A DNA stretch of 64,000 bases. It comes from Balanoglossus misakiensis. Taxonomy: Eukaryota > Animalia > Hemichordata. The DNA lies in NCBI GenBank assembly GCA_040954595.2, contig CM082582.2:5688303-5752302 (forward strand), written 5' to 3'. The notes beneath the pieces are model-generated. The model made no database searches. It saw nothing but the letters and a program-made list of their open reading frames with translations, and was not told the origin of the DNA. Both the position numbers and the translations under genes were made by a program. Of this stretch, positions 50,301 through 62,900 are shown in pieces (the stretch's first letter is position 1; each line of letters opens with the position of its first letter).

Positions 50301-52714
50301 AGACAGATCGCAAGAGGACACACCGACCGTTTGTCTGCAAGATTTGCGATAAGAGCTACGGCAGTGAACATTGCCTGTACGAGCACATCAAGACCCACAT
50401 CAAGCCGTACCGCTGCTCTGTGTGCAACTGGAGGTCGTCGCGGAAAGACATCCTCGTTCGGCACATTGCGATGAAGCACAACGGACCGGAGTACGTGCCG
50501 CGTGCCGAGAGAACGGCGCGGGGAAGAAAGAGGAGGAGGAGGTCTGAAGCTCACTGGGAAAGTGATCTCGAAGAAGACAGCGTGGTCGGCGAAGATGAAA
50601 GTAGAGAAGGTGATGCTGCAGAGGAAAGGAGTGAAGATGGTGAAGAGCAAGAAGTCAGTGGAGATGAGGATGGCAATGCAGGCCAGGAGGAGGAGTCTGA
50701 AAAGGGTGCAGATGACGACACCCCTACAGGGTCGCCTGGAAAGGATTCTGAAAGAAGCGAGTCGCCTGTGGCAAAGAACGATCAGGAAACTGTTGGTGGG
50801 GACGAAAAGAACAAGAACGGCGCTGGGATCAATGAAATGTCCGAGAAACAGAAAGTGCCTGCAGATGAGAGTGATGCCATGAAGGAAACCAGTGCAGACA
50901 CCAGCCAAGATGTATCCTCTCTAGCATCTCTGATCGAGCGCGACAGAAAGAAGCGAACTGATGACGAGAACCCCGGCAGCCCTCTCTCTGATATAACGGA
51001 AACCAGTTCGATATTCGAAAACAAGATGGCGGAAGAGATGAAAAACAACGATGAAAAGGAGGAGGGTACTGTCAAACACGTTGTAATTTACGAAAATGTT
51101 GAGCATGTTGATGATGCTCTCATACCAAGGAAGCCCCTGAATGAACAGATGACAGCGGCCGGAGAGAAAGACTTCACGGTGTCCAAGATTCGGCCGTACC
51201 CGTGCAAGATCTGCGGCAAGGCGTTCAAGCGACGGAACAATCTGCGCGACCACATCCTGAGCCACACCAGGCCCTTCCGGTGCCCAAAGTGTGGCTGGGC
51301 CACCACTCGCAAACAGTACCTGTCCAACCACCTGGCCGAGAAACACAAGATGAGTGACGTCAGCCCGGAATGTTTGGAACCGGTCGACGTGGAGGACGTA
51401 GAGGTCAGGAAAGTGGTTGTGCCCTCCGATGAGGAAGGTGGCCAAGATGATGATATTGATAGAGGTAAAAGTCACCGTTCGGTCAGTGAGGACGAAACGG
51501 AACAGTTGGTGGATTTCTACGGATCGAGCAGCGCTGCGAATCCGGTAAAGCAACAGCAGAAGCAGCGACCGGTCAAGGGCAGTAACAAACGGAAATGTTA
51601 TTCCCCGATTCGAACCGGGTCTCCGAAAAGAGCCAGGCTTCCGCATCCCGACGAAAACGGCACCACCATCATCATCAACGGCGGTGGGAGTGGAACGTAC
51701 GAAGGTCTGCTGAGAGTCGAGAGGTCGGATCCCGGCATCGTAAACCACAACGCAGTCCCAGGCTACAGTCCGCACCCGGTCAGTGCGGCGCCCTCGCACG
51801 ATTCTCTACTGCACCGAGTGATTACGGAAGGAAGGGGCGGCGCGCTACATCCGGGGTTGACTCCAGCGTTGATTTCTCCGGTGAACAACAGTCTGGGTGT
51901 ACCCGTGCCCACAGCCATCCAACACGCGATGGGTGGTGGCGTCCCCCAGACTTCGCCCCGCACCTTTTCGCCCCAGATAGTCGGCGGCCCGAACGCCACT
52001 CGCGTGTCGACCCCGGGATTCTCGCCCGGATGGGAACATCAAGTAAACACTGCCCTCGGTGTCCAGTTGCAACGATCACTCCACCCCGAGATAACCATCG
52101 TGGATAACACCACGCCCGCCCCGGTCATGGTGCCGTCTCACGAATACTCCAGGAGTCCCTCGGTCACGCATCGAGCGCGGAAATCGAGTCGTTCAGCCGA
52201 GAACAGCCACGCGCACGTCCCTCGAGAGGACTCGCCCAAATCGCCGGGCCTGGAGAAAAGTCCCGCCATCACCAAAATACAACTAGAGAACTACTATGTG
52301 AAAGTGGACGAACCCTTCGACCCCAAGACGGGTCACATCCGACCGTACATGTGCACGTACAACGAGTGCAACCGGCGCTTCAAAACCATGCACCACACGC
52401 GGGACCACATCTACACGCACATACGCCCCTACGTCTGCGACGTGTGCGGCCTCCAGTGTGCCCGGACGGACTACCTGGGCAAGCACTTACGCAAAGTGCA
52501 CAAGATGCTGGTGTCGGACTACGACCTCTATCTCAAGCGGAAGTCGGCCAACGACAAGGCTGTGAAGTACAACAAGGGCAAGAGGAGTGAGAGCCCTGGC
52601 ATGTCACACCGATCGGGGGACGACAGGGGTGACGGCGAAGTGCGGGTATCCACGGAGACTAACATTCCCAGTGTGATCATCAAACAAGAGACTGTGGATG
52701 CTGGTTACCAGTGA
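41378..52714 (+). CDS. Large multi-zinc-finger nuclear protein (~1880 aa; 7 C2H2 and 3 C2HC fingers)
   Basis: Exon 1, 41378-41479 (MADQTETS...SEGE, phase 0, GT donor), joins a 5.5-kb exon, 47174-52714 (phase-0 AG acceptor). Fingers include CEHC..HLKVC, CNMC..HEQSVC, CTKC..HYQTIH, CYHC..HAREC and three C2H2 pairs, separated by Q/S/P-rich and acidic spacers. Confidence 0.88.
44400..44495. mobile_element. Diverged copy of the 85-bp piggyBac-type MITE (zinc-finger gene intron)
   Basis: TTAACACTTTCACCG.TATG...TCCAAATCCATTGTTTTCCA.GGTAAAGTTG.AC aligns by eye to the 38598 copy. Confidence 0.55.
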
Positions 52715-52743
52715 TAGATAGCGTGTTTGGTTACTAGAAGGAC

Positions 52744-52790
52744 TTAACCCTTTTCACCACCATGGTTTTTCCAAATCCAATTTTTTTGCT
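52744..52790. mobile_element. Truncated left end of the 85-bp piggyBac-type MITE, just after the zinc-finger stop codon
   Basis: TTAACCCTTTTCACCACCATGGTTTTTCCAAATCCAATTTTTT. Confidence 0.6.
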
Positions 52791-53203
52791 TTTGCGACCA
52801 AGTGAACAAGGGACAATTTCACATGGGGGGGGGGGGGGGGGGGGGGTCCACTATATTACAATACAGTATTCATTTTCTCATGTAGCAACCTGGGGTATTT
52901 TGAACATTTTACACCAAACCGGTCATCAATGATCGCCTGACTACACAACATTCATAAGAATTTCCCTACATATACTGGCACACTTGAGTGTACCAACCAT
53001 TACTGCTGTTTAAGCAACTCTGCAATCAGAGTTTTATATCTTTCAAATCTTCGAGTTTCCGTGTAATTAAGAGTGACAGTTGGCAAGACCCTTTGTGTCT
53101 TGCCTTCTGTGGAGCATTGTATTTGAGTTCTCCACGTTACCTGAAAGCATATTTTTCTATCGCTCTGAACGCCCACCTAGTGGTTCTTTAGTCGGCACAT
53201 ACA

Positions 53204-53350
53204 CCCCTTTTAGAAGTCTAGCACCCTCATGCAGCTACCATGAATTTGAACTCAGAGCGAGGCCAATGGGGAAGATCATTCAGATCGAGGGGATTTCCCA
53301 ATTGGCCTCCGTTTGAGTTCAAATTTATGGCACTAGACTTATGAAAACGG
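53204..53350. mobile_element. Palindromic (hairpin) repeat; one arm also present at ~32508-32572
   Basis: AAGTCTAG...AATTTGAACTCA...GAGGCCAATGGGGAA is inverted against TTCCCAATTGGCCTC...TGAGTTCAAATT...CTAGACTT. CCCCATTGGCCTCTCTTTGAGTTCAAAT...GCTAGACTTA occurs at ~32508. Confidence 0.7.
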
Positions 53351-53769
53351 AGTTGATCTGTACATTTATATATATTATAGCTTTATAACACTGCCATTAG
53401 ATTTCAAGGTACAATTACAAATGCCATTCACCAAGATTTTGTGCTGTGCTAATTGGATATAACTGTACATAAAATGTTAAAGTTTTTCAATTTTGATGAT
53501 TCGGTCAAGTGTGGTTGCCTGGACCTTAACTTGTATTGTTTATTAGAAAATACCACTCTTGTTACAAAGAACCTCATGGCAAACACTGTATATAATGGAA
53601 TGGTTCCTAGCAAGTTGGTGCTGACTTCATAAAGTTTGGAATCAACGCAAGAAATGTACAGAAATTGGACTTATCAGTACAAGTGTATTTCAGTTCATAC
53701 TTGTGTTTGGAATTAGTTTATTTTCCCAGTGTGGCATTCTAGCTGTCATGCTCACAATTTTCGTAATTG

Positions 53770-53935
53770 TACAGTAAAGGCTCTCTAAATCCAACCCTGT
53801 CTAATCTGGAAACCTGTCTATACTGAACACATTCTCCTACCCCTTTGACATAGGACCTCTGTAAGCTGTACACCTCTGCAAACTTGAACATTTCTGTAGT
53901 CCTTTTGGTGTTTGATTTAGACAGGTTTTACTGTA
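53770..53935. mobile_element. TA-flanked MITE with CAGT...ACTG termini (pogo/Tigger-like)
   Basis: TA-CAGTAAAGGGCTCTCTAAATC...GATTTAGACAGGTTTTACTG-TA. Confidence 0.7.
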
Positions 53936-54435
53936 CATCACGCAGGTAGCTTTTCCAGTCAATACATTCAGAATTTCTGAAAAAACTCCACTGCCCCAGT
54001 CTTGCCTTGTTCATTATCAGTTATTTTTTTTGTGAAAAGAAAGTTGTGAATACTTAAAACACAGAAGTACTACGGTATCTAAAAACCTAAAATTGTTTAT
54101 ATATATCTATAGAATTAAGTCTTTTTAAAATCTGTGTCATATTATTGGGAAAATTTATCTTTATGTTGTACACTTGTATTGGTACGTACTATGATATTGA
54201 AAATGCTTCAGTGAAAGCCAATGATAAAGGGGAAGCAAACATTTTGTCGGAAATTTACAACTAGTGTCACCAATAACATGTTTTTCCGTGGAATACTTTA
54301 TTCTCGCTTTTTAAGCTATAAAAGCCAATCGGTATTCTGATTTCCCGAGATCACCGTGAAAATCGAACTTGGTCTCAGAAAAAAGTAAATTCAAGTGAAA
54401 GTAAAGGTATTCCACAGTTGCCAATGCAACTCATC

Positions 54436-54650
54436 TGAGGGGATAATCATTTGAATATAAGGGGGGTGGGTGGAAGATTTTTTGGAAGAAAAATGGTGTG
54501 GAGGAAAAGACATTCTTCTTTGGTGCCTTCAGTAAAAAAGATGGACTCACATTAAAAAAAAAATAGCTGTAAAAGTGGCCGAAAAAAAATTTCCGACATA
54601 CCCAAATCCTGCACCCCCCCCCCCCCTTAAATCAAATGGTTCTCACCTAA
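54436..54650. mobile_element. Degenerate inverted-repeat element with G/C-tract arms (PIF/Harbinger-like MITE)
   Basis: CATTTGAATATAAGGGGGG near 54449 is inverted against CCCCCCTTAAATCAAATG near 54620. The superfamily assignment is inference. Confidence 0.5.
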
Positions 54651-56997
54651 CAAGTATGTGTTATGCTGTGTGTTGGACAGTGTACATCATTGTCAGCTTG
54701 AGTGCTGTCATAGACCCTATGTCTCTAGGGTCTATGGTGCTGTGTGGTATACTATAATACTTCATAATTTTTCTACAGGGTATCAATCTTTTTCTTCGTA
54801 AATTTGTCACAAGACGGTAAAATACAACTCTTGAATGTGAACTTGGCTTGTTATACAGCTAGCAGCTCTCTGTGTACAGACGGCTATGTGGAATGTAGGG
54901 TTAGGGATTTATATGTAATTACAGGATGCAGGAGTGATCAAAATATCATTAAAATGGTAAAATTCTTCACTTAACCAGAGCTTCCAGTGGTAATTGCTTC
55001 TCAACACCAGTTTTGTGTTGAAGGTGTGTAAAGTAACAAAGATAGAACTTTATTGGAAGGATTTTCAGTTGCTGTGTTGCCTGATTTCTTTAGCGGACAT
55101 GATGTTAAAAAAAAAACACGTCGTTTGTTTTATGTTTGTAAATTTGTGATATGATTGAGGAATTTTGAATTGCTCACAACGACCGCACAGGCCTGAATGC
55201 TAGAGGTACAATGAAATTCACATCATGTAGAGTTAGAAATGAATGCAGCAGCGATGTATAAATGACCTGTCCGCTCAGCTCAATAAGCAACCCTTCAAAG
55301 TTTTAATGATTTACTCTCAAAATATATGTTCTATTTTTAGTATTAAAAAACCTTTTTGTGAATGATCACAAGTGTCTCTCGTTTTGATCTGGAGCAAAGA
55401 TATCAGGTAGAGGGAATGATTTAGTACAGTTTCACCCCCCCCCCCCCCCCTCAAAAAAGTGCAATTCTTTTGGGGTTGTGCAGCCGAGTACATTATATTC
55501 TCAAAACTTATGTGTGTGACAATTTCCAGGGAAGATTATTTGCTATCCAGAAATTTTAAAAGAGTAAAAAAACTTGCCGAAATGAATAATCAATCTCTAC
55601 CGTTTATTCATTTTGGCGTGATTTTTACTCTTGTATCCTACAATCAGGATGGAAGTTGTGTTTGGTCGAACATTGATTCACTATTTATCCACATGTAGAA
55701 TAACATAAACGGTATCTTGTATCAAACATAATGGAAAAGGGGCAGCGAGAGAGAGACTTTGTCTCTTTAATTTTGACGCGTGTTCAAAACAATGCCAACA
55801 GACAAGTTAATTTCTGCAGTATAGCTGTAGTTTATTTTGACAATCGTACAACAGTTCTGCTGCTTCTAATCACTATACAGAATAAAGCATGTAGCAAAAA
55901 TAAATGCAAAAGATGACATTAAAAAGAGCAGCAAGCCAAACTATTGCACACCTTTCGAGACACGGTTCTTTCAAAGCGAATGTCACCTTCAGTTCTACTA
56001 AACATCTAATACACATACAAAAATCTGTCTACCTAAGGTGTGTGTGAATGACACAAAACACTCGGACTCGTATCTGTGAACTACGTAATTTTGTAAATAT
56101 CACACTTTTCTAGAATGTAATTTACCAGGATAGTCATTACAGTTGAAATTGCAAAAATTCAGTTTAGCTGTAAAGCCTGGTCCCTGAACAATGCGACCGG
56201 CTCATAGTTCTCGGATGGTATTGGTATAATATTATGCTACATAGTAAAAATGTCACAAAATGTCAAATGGTGAGAATGCATATTCTAAACAATTTGATTT
56301 TTCTCTCATAATTTCAATAAAAGACAACTATATAAAATGACTAATTAGGACTATCTAGGATTCATGAACTGTATGCATTAATATATCAAATTCATAATTT
56401 GCAAACAGACGAAAACAATCACATTATCCATTCTATTTCTATAATAAAAAAGTACAAAACTTCATCCTATACCATTACACAAAAAAACCATACTGACTCC
56501 TTTATATAATTAAATTAATTGTAAATGAATATCGAGTATTTATGAAAGAAGCTTATGGGTAATAACATACTTTGGTGTATATGAGGTGGTTATTATATAA
56601 AATTTAGAAAACAATTATATGATGGAAAGTTGATAGGGTCTAAGGGATATGCTGTTGCGTAAATACAGAATAAATTCAGCAGTACAATTTAAATATCTTT
56701 CAGAGCTTGAAATCCTTTCTCTGGTATACTGCCATCTAAACCTATGGTTTTCAACCAAAGCACCTTTTTCTATGCATTACTGCCTGTAAACTGAAATTGT
56801 GAAATTAGACTTTATTGCTGCATCTAGCAAGTCTTAGAAACCACTTTTTTCCCAGTAATATCTACTCAACTGCATTGAGTGCATTATCTCTTGGCTACTG
56901 AGCTGCTTCGCTTCATGTTAAAATATAAATTGAATACAATGAATATACACGACTAGAATTATATATCTTTAAAAGTTCGTAGGCTAATGATAATTGA

Positions 56998-59900
56998 CTA
57001 AATCATATTTCCATAGGGTGTCTTTCTATCTTTATTCCACTGCCTCATGTTGACCAGCGCTTTGTTGAGTTTGTCAACCCAGATCATTCGTTCTTCTTTG
57101 GTGTCTGCTGATATCCACCACCTGTCAAGCAATACATAACAAATTTGTGTGATTCTTCCATTCACCAATTTTTTTGTCTTTTCCCAATCTCCGACACAGA
57201 CTATGATTGCTGCCATCTTGTCTGTTGTTAGGACAGCACACTGCCTTATGGCGTTTCCTGTATACAATTTTTGTAACCAGAGTCTCTGGTTTGGCAGATG
57301 AACAAAAGGCGATTGTTGCCCTTTAACAGAACTTGAAAAAAATCTTGTTGACTACTTACTTGATGTTGGTGACAGTGCCATCCACAGTCATGACCAAGTT
57401 ATCCTCATCTGTGTCTATAGAGGGCCTGCTTGTCACCAGTTCAATGGTGTTGGGTCTGGCACAGAATTCCCTGGGAGCTGTTGTCACATTCTGTGTGATG
57501 CATTCTCGTAGGCTGACACTTCCAATCGGTGCCTGAAGAAATAAATGTGACGTGTGATTGGTACATGTGCTCTTTCAAAATTTTAAACATTTAACTTCAT
57601 AAACAAGTTAGATAATAACACATATGAGCGAGGGCAATATCTGGATTTGCAGCCTGCTTGAGGCGTGTGACCTCTGACCCTAACATTGATGATGCCTGAG
57701 CCACAGCATACTGATTCATTTGAGACCCAGACTTTGCATGTACAAAAGTCTATTGTAAGTTCTGTGCATGTTGGAAACATTTCCATTTTTCAGACTGTGA
57801 TACGAAGAATAAATTCAATTCCAATATTTTTCAAAAGATCTGAAAATCAAACCCCTTTCATCAGCTTTGATGACAGGAAACATAAACTTACTTTACGCCT
57901 CTCGTCATCTGGGTATTTCCAATACGAGATGTAACCATTGGAGAGGACACACCACCTCCTGTGCCAGGCGCCGAAACCCTTGACATCATCAAACATGGTC
58001 AGGAAGCCGCGCTCTTCAACTTGTGCATCGATGCGACACTTGACCTGCATGTGAATACTGCCTTCCAAGGGACACAGGAACGGAACCTGGGGGGAAGTAG
58101 ACACCATGAAACTTCACTGTTCAGTGAAATGCACCCCTTTCATGATACAACCTTTCATTCAAGTTGCACAAAAATCGCTAACTAATTTATTGCTTTTTTT
58201 TAAAAAGTCTGCGTTTATTAAATGGAATTGCCAAATGTGGGGATGAAATGAAAATTCACATCCTTAGCCGAAGTTGTACTCAATGCTGTAGTCTATGACC
58301 TATGATTAATTTGGAAAGTATCTCATGATAAGTCTTGTGACACCATTGCCTACCTTAGACAGTGTGAATTTGGTGCTGTTGCTGTTGGCCAGAGCAATCC
58401 TTGTAGCACCGACCAACTTGAAGTGACTGCTTCTGACAGCCCCAGGACCACCAGGGCTTGATACAGCTGGGCTTGGACCACCTCTCTGTTAGGAAACATT
58501 GAATTCGAATCATTATTATAAAACAAACATTAGACAATTCTTGACAGCTGTGTGGATTAACATCACTTTGGGTAATAGTGCGAGACAACTGAATTTTCTA
58601 CCTGTGTGTAAATAGATATGCAAGACAGCCTTTCATTGGAAAGGAGTTTTAGTATGAATTCTAGCCCTCTTCTTGCTGAAACCTACAGGACAAATTCACT
58701 ATAACGCAGCGTGCTTCTATGGGGTCTATAGATACAAAGCCAGTCACATACTCAGTTTTAACCAGTGACCGGCTATTATCTAAATTATAAATTGAAATGG
58801 ATAAATTGAAAGTCTCACAGCACTCGGGTATTATCCCCATAGGGGGTGAGCCGAATTGTGACAACCAGCCAACGAGCATATCTCAGTGAGCTGAACAATC
58901 ATATAAAATAAGAACCAAAATTATGTGAAAACTGAACAACTTTGTTGAGAGAGTAATATGACTGACCTTGCTTTTCCGGGGAGTGATATTCCTCAACAGA
59001 TTCCCCTTCTTGTCTTTGACTTCCTGCCGTTTGGTTTGCATGCTATATACTTCAACATCCAGGGTGAAATCACTGCCCAGCTCATTCCTGATTGGAGAAA
59101 CATATAGAATAACGTGACCAGCTGTACGATAGAAAATATCACTCTGATTGTAATCAGAGATTATTTATACAGAAATACTAATATATTTTTCCCCATAATC
59201 TAATTGTGTATGATATGTCTGACTTTTATTTATAATGAAATTTGAAATTCAATTTTTGACATGCGTTTGCATGATAAACTTTTGCCTCAGCACTTTTAAA
59301 ATTGCAAATTCCGACCTTTCACAATTATCCAGTTGAATGCAGTATACCAATAAACAAAATAAAAGAAATTTTCCAATTGATCCAATGGTGTAATACTATA
59401 CGTAAGAGAAATTCAATGGGTATTGTAATTTACAATAATGTCAATGCATACATGTATAGGACCTATATATTGTGGGTCGACTTACATTTTGATCATATTA
59501 GTGAAAGGTAAACAGTCCCCAGAGATACCATCCAGAGTTGAGAGTAGATGAGTAGCTATGATGTGCGCTCCATTCCTCAGTAGTACCAAGAAATGATGTA
59601 TCTGACGATCTACCACAACAAAAGAAAGGATACAAATAGTTTATCAGGGAGGCAAATTTACAAGGATTACACCACAGGTGAAAACTGTGCACGCATCCCT
59701 ATGGTAATACCACGGTCACTCCACACAGTGACCGTGGTAATACTAGACAATACAGCTCTATATTCGACATTGCAATTTACATGTAGGAAATCATGATTGG
59801 TACGGTACTGAAATATGCATATACCAGTAACAGTGTTGTAAAATGTTTCAAAACCTATTTCATACTTTATCGAGTAAATTATAAAAATAAATTTTGAAGT

Positions 59901-62900
59901 AAATTAAAAAACTGAGGGCTGAACATAGCCGGGGGATCATAGTTGAAAAAGTTCAGCTTTTTAGTGATGGTAAATATACTGTGCAGTGATCTTTTTAAGC
60001 ATACCTTGTTTGGATCCCATTGAGAAGATATACTCCGACTTGAATGGCAGTCTGATGTCACTGATTGTGACCGAGCCTCGACAGGGCCTACCACCGCTGC
60101 CATGGCGACCGCGCCCGCTCTGGTGTTCCTGTTTCAATCGCTGGACCTCAGAGAGGCTGGCGAGGCGTCTTTGTGCTGTGAGGCGCAAAGATGAAAAGTG
60201 AAAATGATCATTGAGTCCAGGTATGCCAGGCTTTTGAGAAAACAGTGGGGTTGTGCCTATGAAGTGGGAAACAGTGCCCTGGGTAATTGCTTATAATTTG
60301 ACCGGTAGAAATAAAAAATTAGAGAACACTGAAATTGTATTACTAAACCTTTTCTACATCACAGTGCATGGATACATAACAGATATGGTACTCAGAGTAT
60401 ATCAATTGCCACAATACATTCCCCATGTTGTTGGTAGGGTTTGCAGCCAGTTGTCGGACGCTGTACAGCAAAACCTGCTTGATCTGGAAACATGTCTTTA
60501 CTGAACATCCTTACCAGTCCCTCCCACAAATGACCCCAACCAGATACCTGCACACCAAACAATTTTCTCACTCCCTTTTTTTTTTGGTCCAGTTTAGACA
60601 GGTTCATATACTGAATCATTCACTTTACTGTAGAGTAAATACTTTCGAAAGAGGGGATCCTGATCACGAAACACAGAGGTTGCTTCCAAGATTATACACA
60701 TGTTCGTGTTGAATTCCCTGGATAGACTAACTGATAGATACTCACTGGCAACGACAAGCAACCTCTCTGCTTCTACCTCTTCAGTTGTTCCTTTCAGAGA
60801 ATCACCATTAGCTTCAATCAGATTGAGCGCTTGGCTGGTTTGGTGGATGATAGACTGCTGCTGCGATATATCTTCCATCAATGTCTAAAAAAGTAAAAAT
60901 AAAATTCTGGTATTTATAGGCTGAATGGATTTACATCTGATACAGCACAAAACGTCACGGTAAACAACTTTAAGATTTCACATAAAAACGAAAAAGTGAA
61001 AAATACAAAACACACTCATGACATATAAGTTGACAGAAAAAAAAGAAGAAATAAATGTAGGATGGGGTGTATTGCCTGCCATACCCATGTAAAACAAAAA
61101 TATATTTTAAGCCAAGTTTTTTTGTCATCTCAAGAATAGGGAAAGAACTGATGGTACAGGTAGGCCAGTTATACTTTTTCTGTAAAAGTCAATAATGATA
61201 GAATCCTGAATTACCTGGATTTTCTCCTTGACCGACATGTGCGTCATAATCCTGGATTCTTGCCTCTCAATGTTCGTCTTCTGTGCTTCGCGCTTGATGA
61301 CCTTCTGCGCCGGCGGTCGGTGGGTGATCTTTCTCTGAGAACGGTAGCACTCCACGCTGTACAGCATGGGTGCATCTCTCTCTCCGTGCGCAGCAGAGGA
61401 GGAGGCCTTGATGTTGTCTGCAGAGTTGGATTTGTGCACTTTGTTGCCGTTGCTTGCAGAGTTCTTTCGCTGCCTCGGTGCTGCCTGCAATGCGATCCGT
61501 GGAGATATTAAAACAAAAGTTTTAGTGTACCAAGCTTTTTTGATGTTAAAGGTGCACGTTTTGTATTACTGTCACCTATGCAACCACTGTTATGATGGAA
61601 AATTCAAATACAGCCAATAACAGATTTTCAGTGGGTGGCACACTCAAAAGAAAAGTGTGGTACTGCATGGTTGTTTGAAGAAGATGTAGACAGGCCATTA
61701 GACCATATTAAAGGTATAAACTGGTGACTATACTTTTACAGTGCATTGATTTTTACAAGATGTTATTTTCATCAATAAGACAAAAAAAATCACTTATGAA
61801 TCACAAGCTTTTGAGTTTGTAGAAATCTCACCTGGGGCTCTTCTGCAAATTTCACAGTTTGCTTTCGTTCTTTCATCCTCCGTTCTTCTTCTTCTTTTCG
61901 TCTCTTTTCTTCCTCTTCCTCCTTGGCAAACGCTTCATCTAACATATCATCCAGTTCTCCCATGATGTCCAATTCATTTTCTTCATCTCCTTCTTCATCA
62001 TCACTATCTTCACTGCCATCCTTGCTTGGTTTTTCTACTGGTTTCTCGGGTTCCATTTTCTGTTCGACCTTCTTTGGCATCGGTGGCTCTTTTCTGGGTT
62101 CGGGTTCTTGGCGTCTGGGTTCTGGTTTCTCTTTCGGGGCGGCACTCCTAGTCTTGCTCTCGGATGGTGCAGCTGTTAACAGAAAGTGAAACATTGATGT
62201 GAAGTGCAAGTAAATATACAAATATACATACAGTGGCTAGATCCGTGTTGTAACTCGACGTATGGATTTCTGCGTGGGATTTCCCCCAACAGTGAGATTT
62301 TCATCTGCCATCGCATTAATTTTCAAATATTGTAAGTATAGCAGTGCATTTTAATCACTTATCGAACTACATCAGTGCAGCAATTTCATCAGTTTAAAGT
62401 GGAACCAAACCATCCATATGTACATAAGGGTGGATTCCCTCATTTCTCATTGTATTCAAGAGTGGATGTGTTGCGTAGAGGAAAGCGACGATAGAGATAA
62501 AAGTGGACAGTCCCAAATTCCCGTCAGAGCACATTCAAAGAGACAGTAATGGACTTGCATCAATCATAATACGAAACAGTGACACCAGGAAAAGAATACA
62601 AGATTTGTATTCCTCCCACGGAACGTGAAGTAGAGTTAGGAGAGAGGTTAAAAAAAATCCAGGTGCAGCCAAGTTTTGAAGCTTTCGACAAAGTCTGCCA
62701 GGGTGTTCTAGAAACAGCAGGCGTGTATGTGTGCAGATTCTATCTAATTCGCAACATTTCGATTTCTGAAGGAGACAGGTCAAAGCAGTTCAGGTCAGGA
62801 GCAGATAGCTTTAGGGCTTACAGTGATCAAAGCAGTTCAGGTCAGGAGCAGATAGCTTTAGGGCTTACAGTGATGACATCGGAACATTTCCTTGGGTGCT

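Noticed and set aside
50225-51799. 227-aa and 292-aa minus-strand ORFs
   Set aside because: Shadows of the zinc-finger exon.
52826-52846. Poly-G tract (also poly-C at ~54614 and ~55435) as G-quadruplex elements
   Set aside because: Simple homopolymers, one belonging to a MITE arm; lengths are unreliable and there is no evidence of function.
58662-58690. Possible anillin micro-exon after TCCTGTAG
   Set aside because: No credible donor follows, and the flanking exons already join in phase 0.
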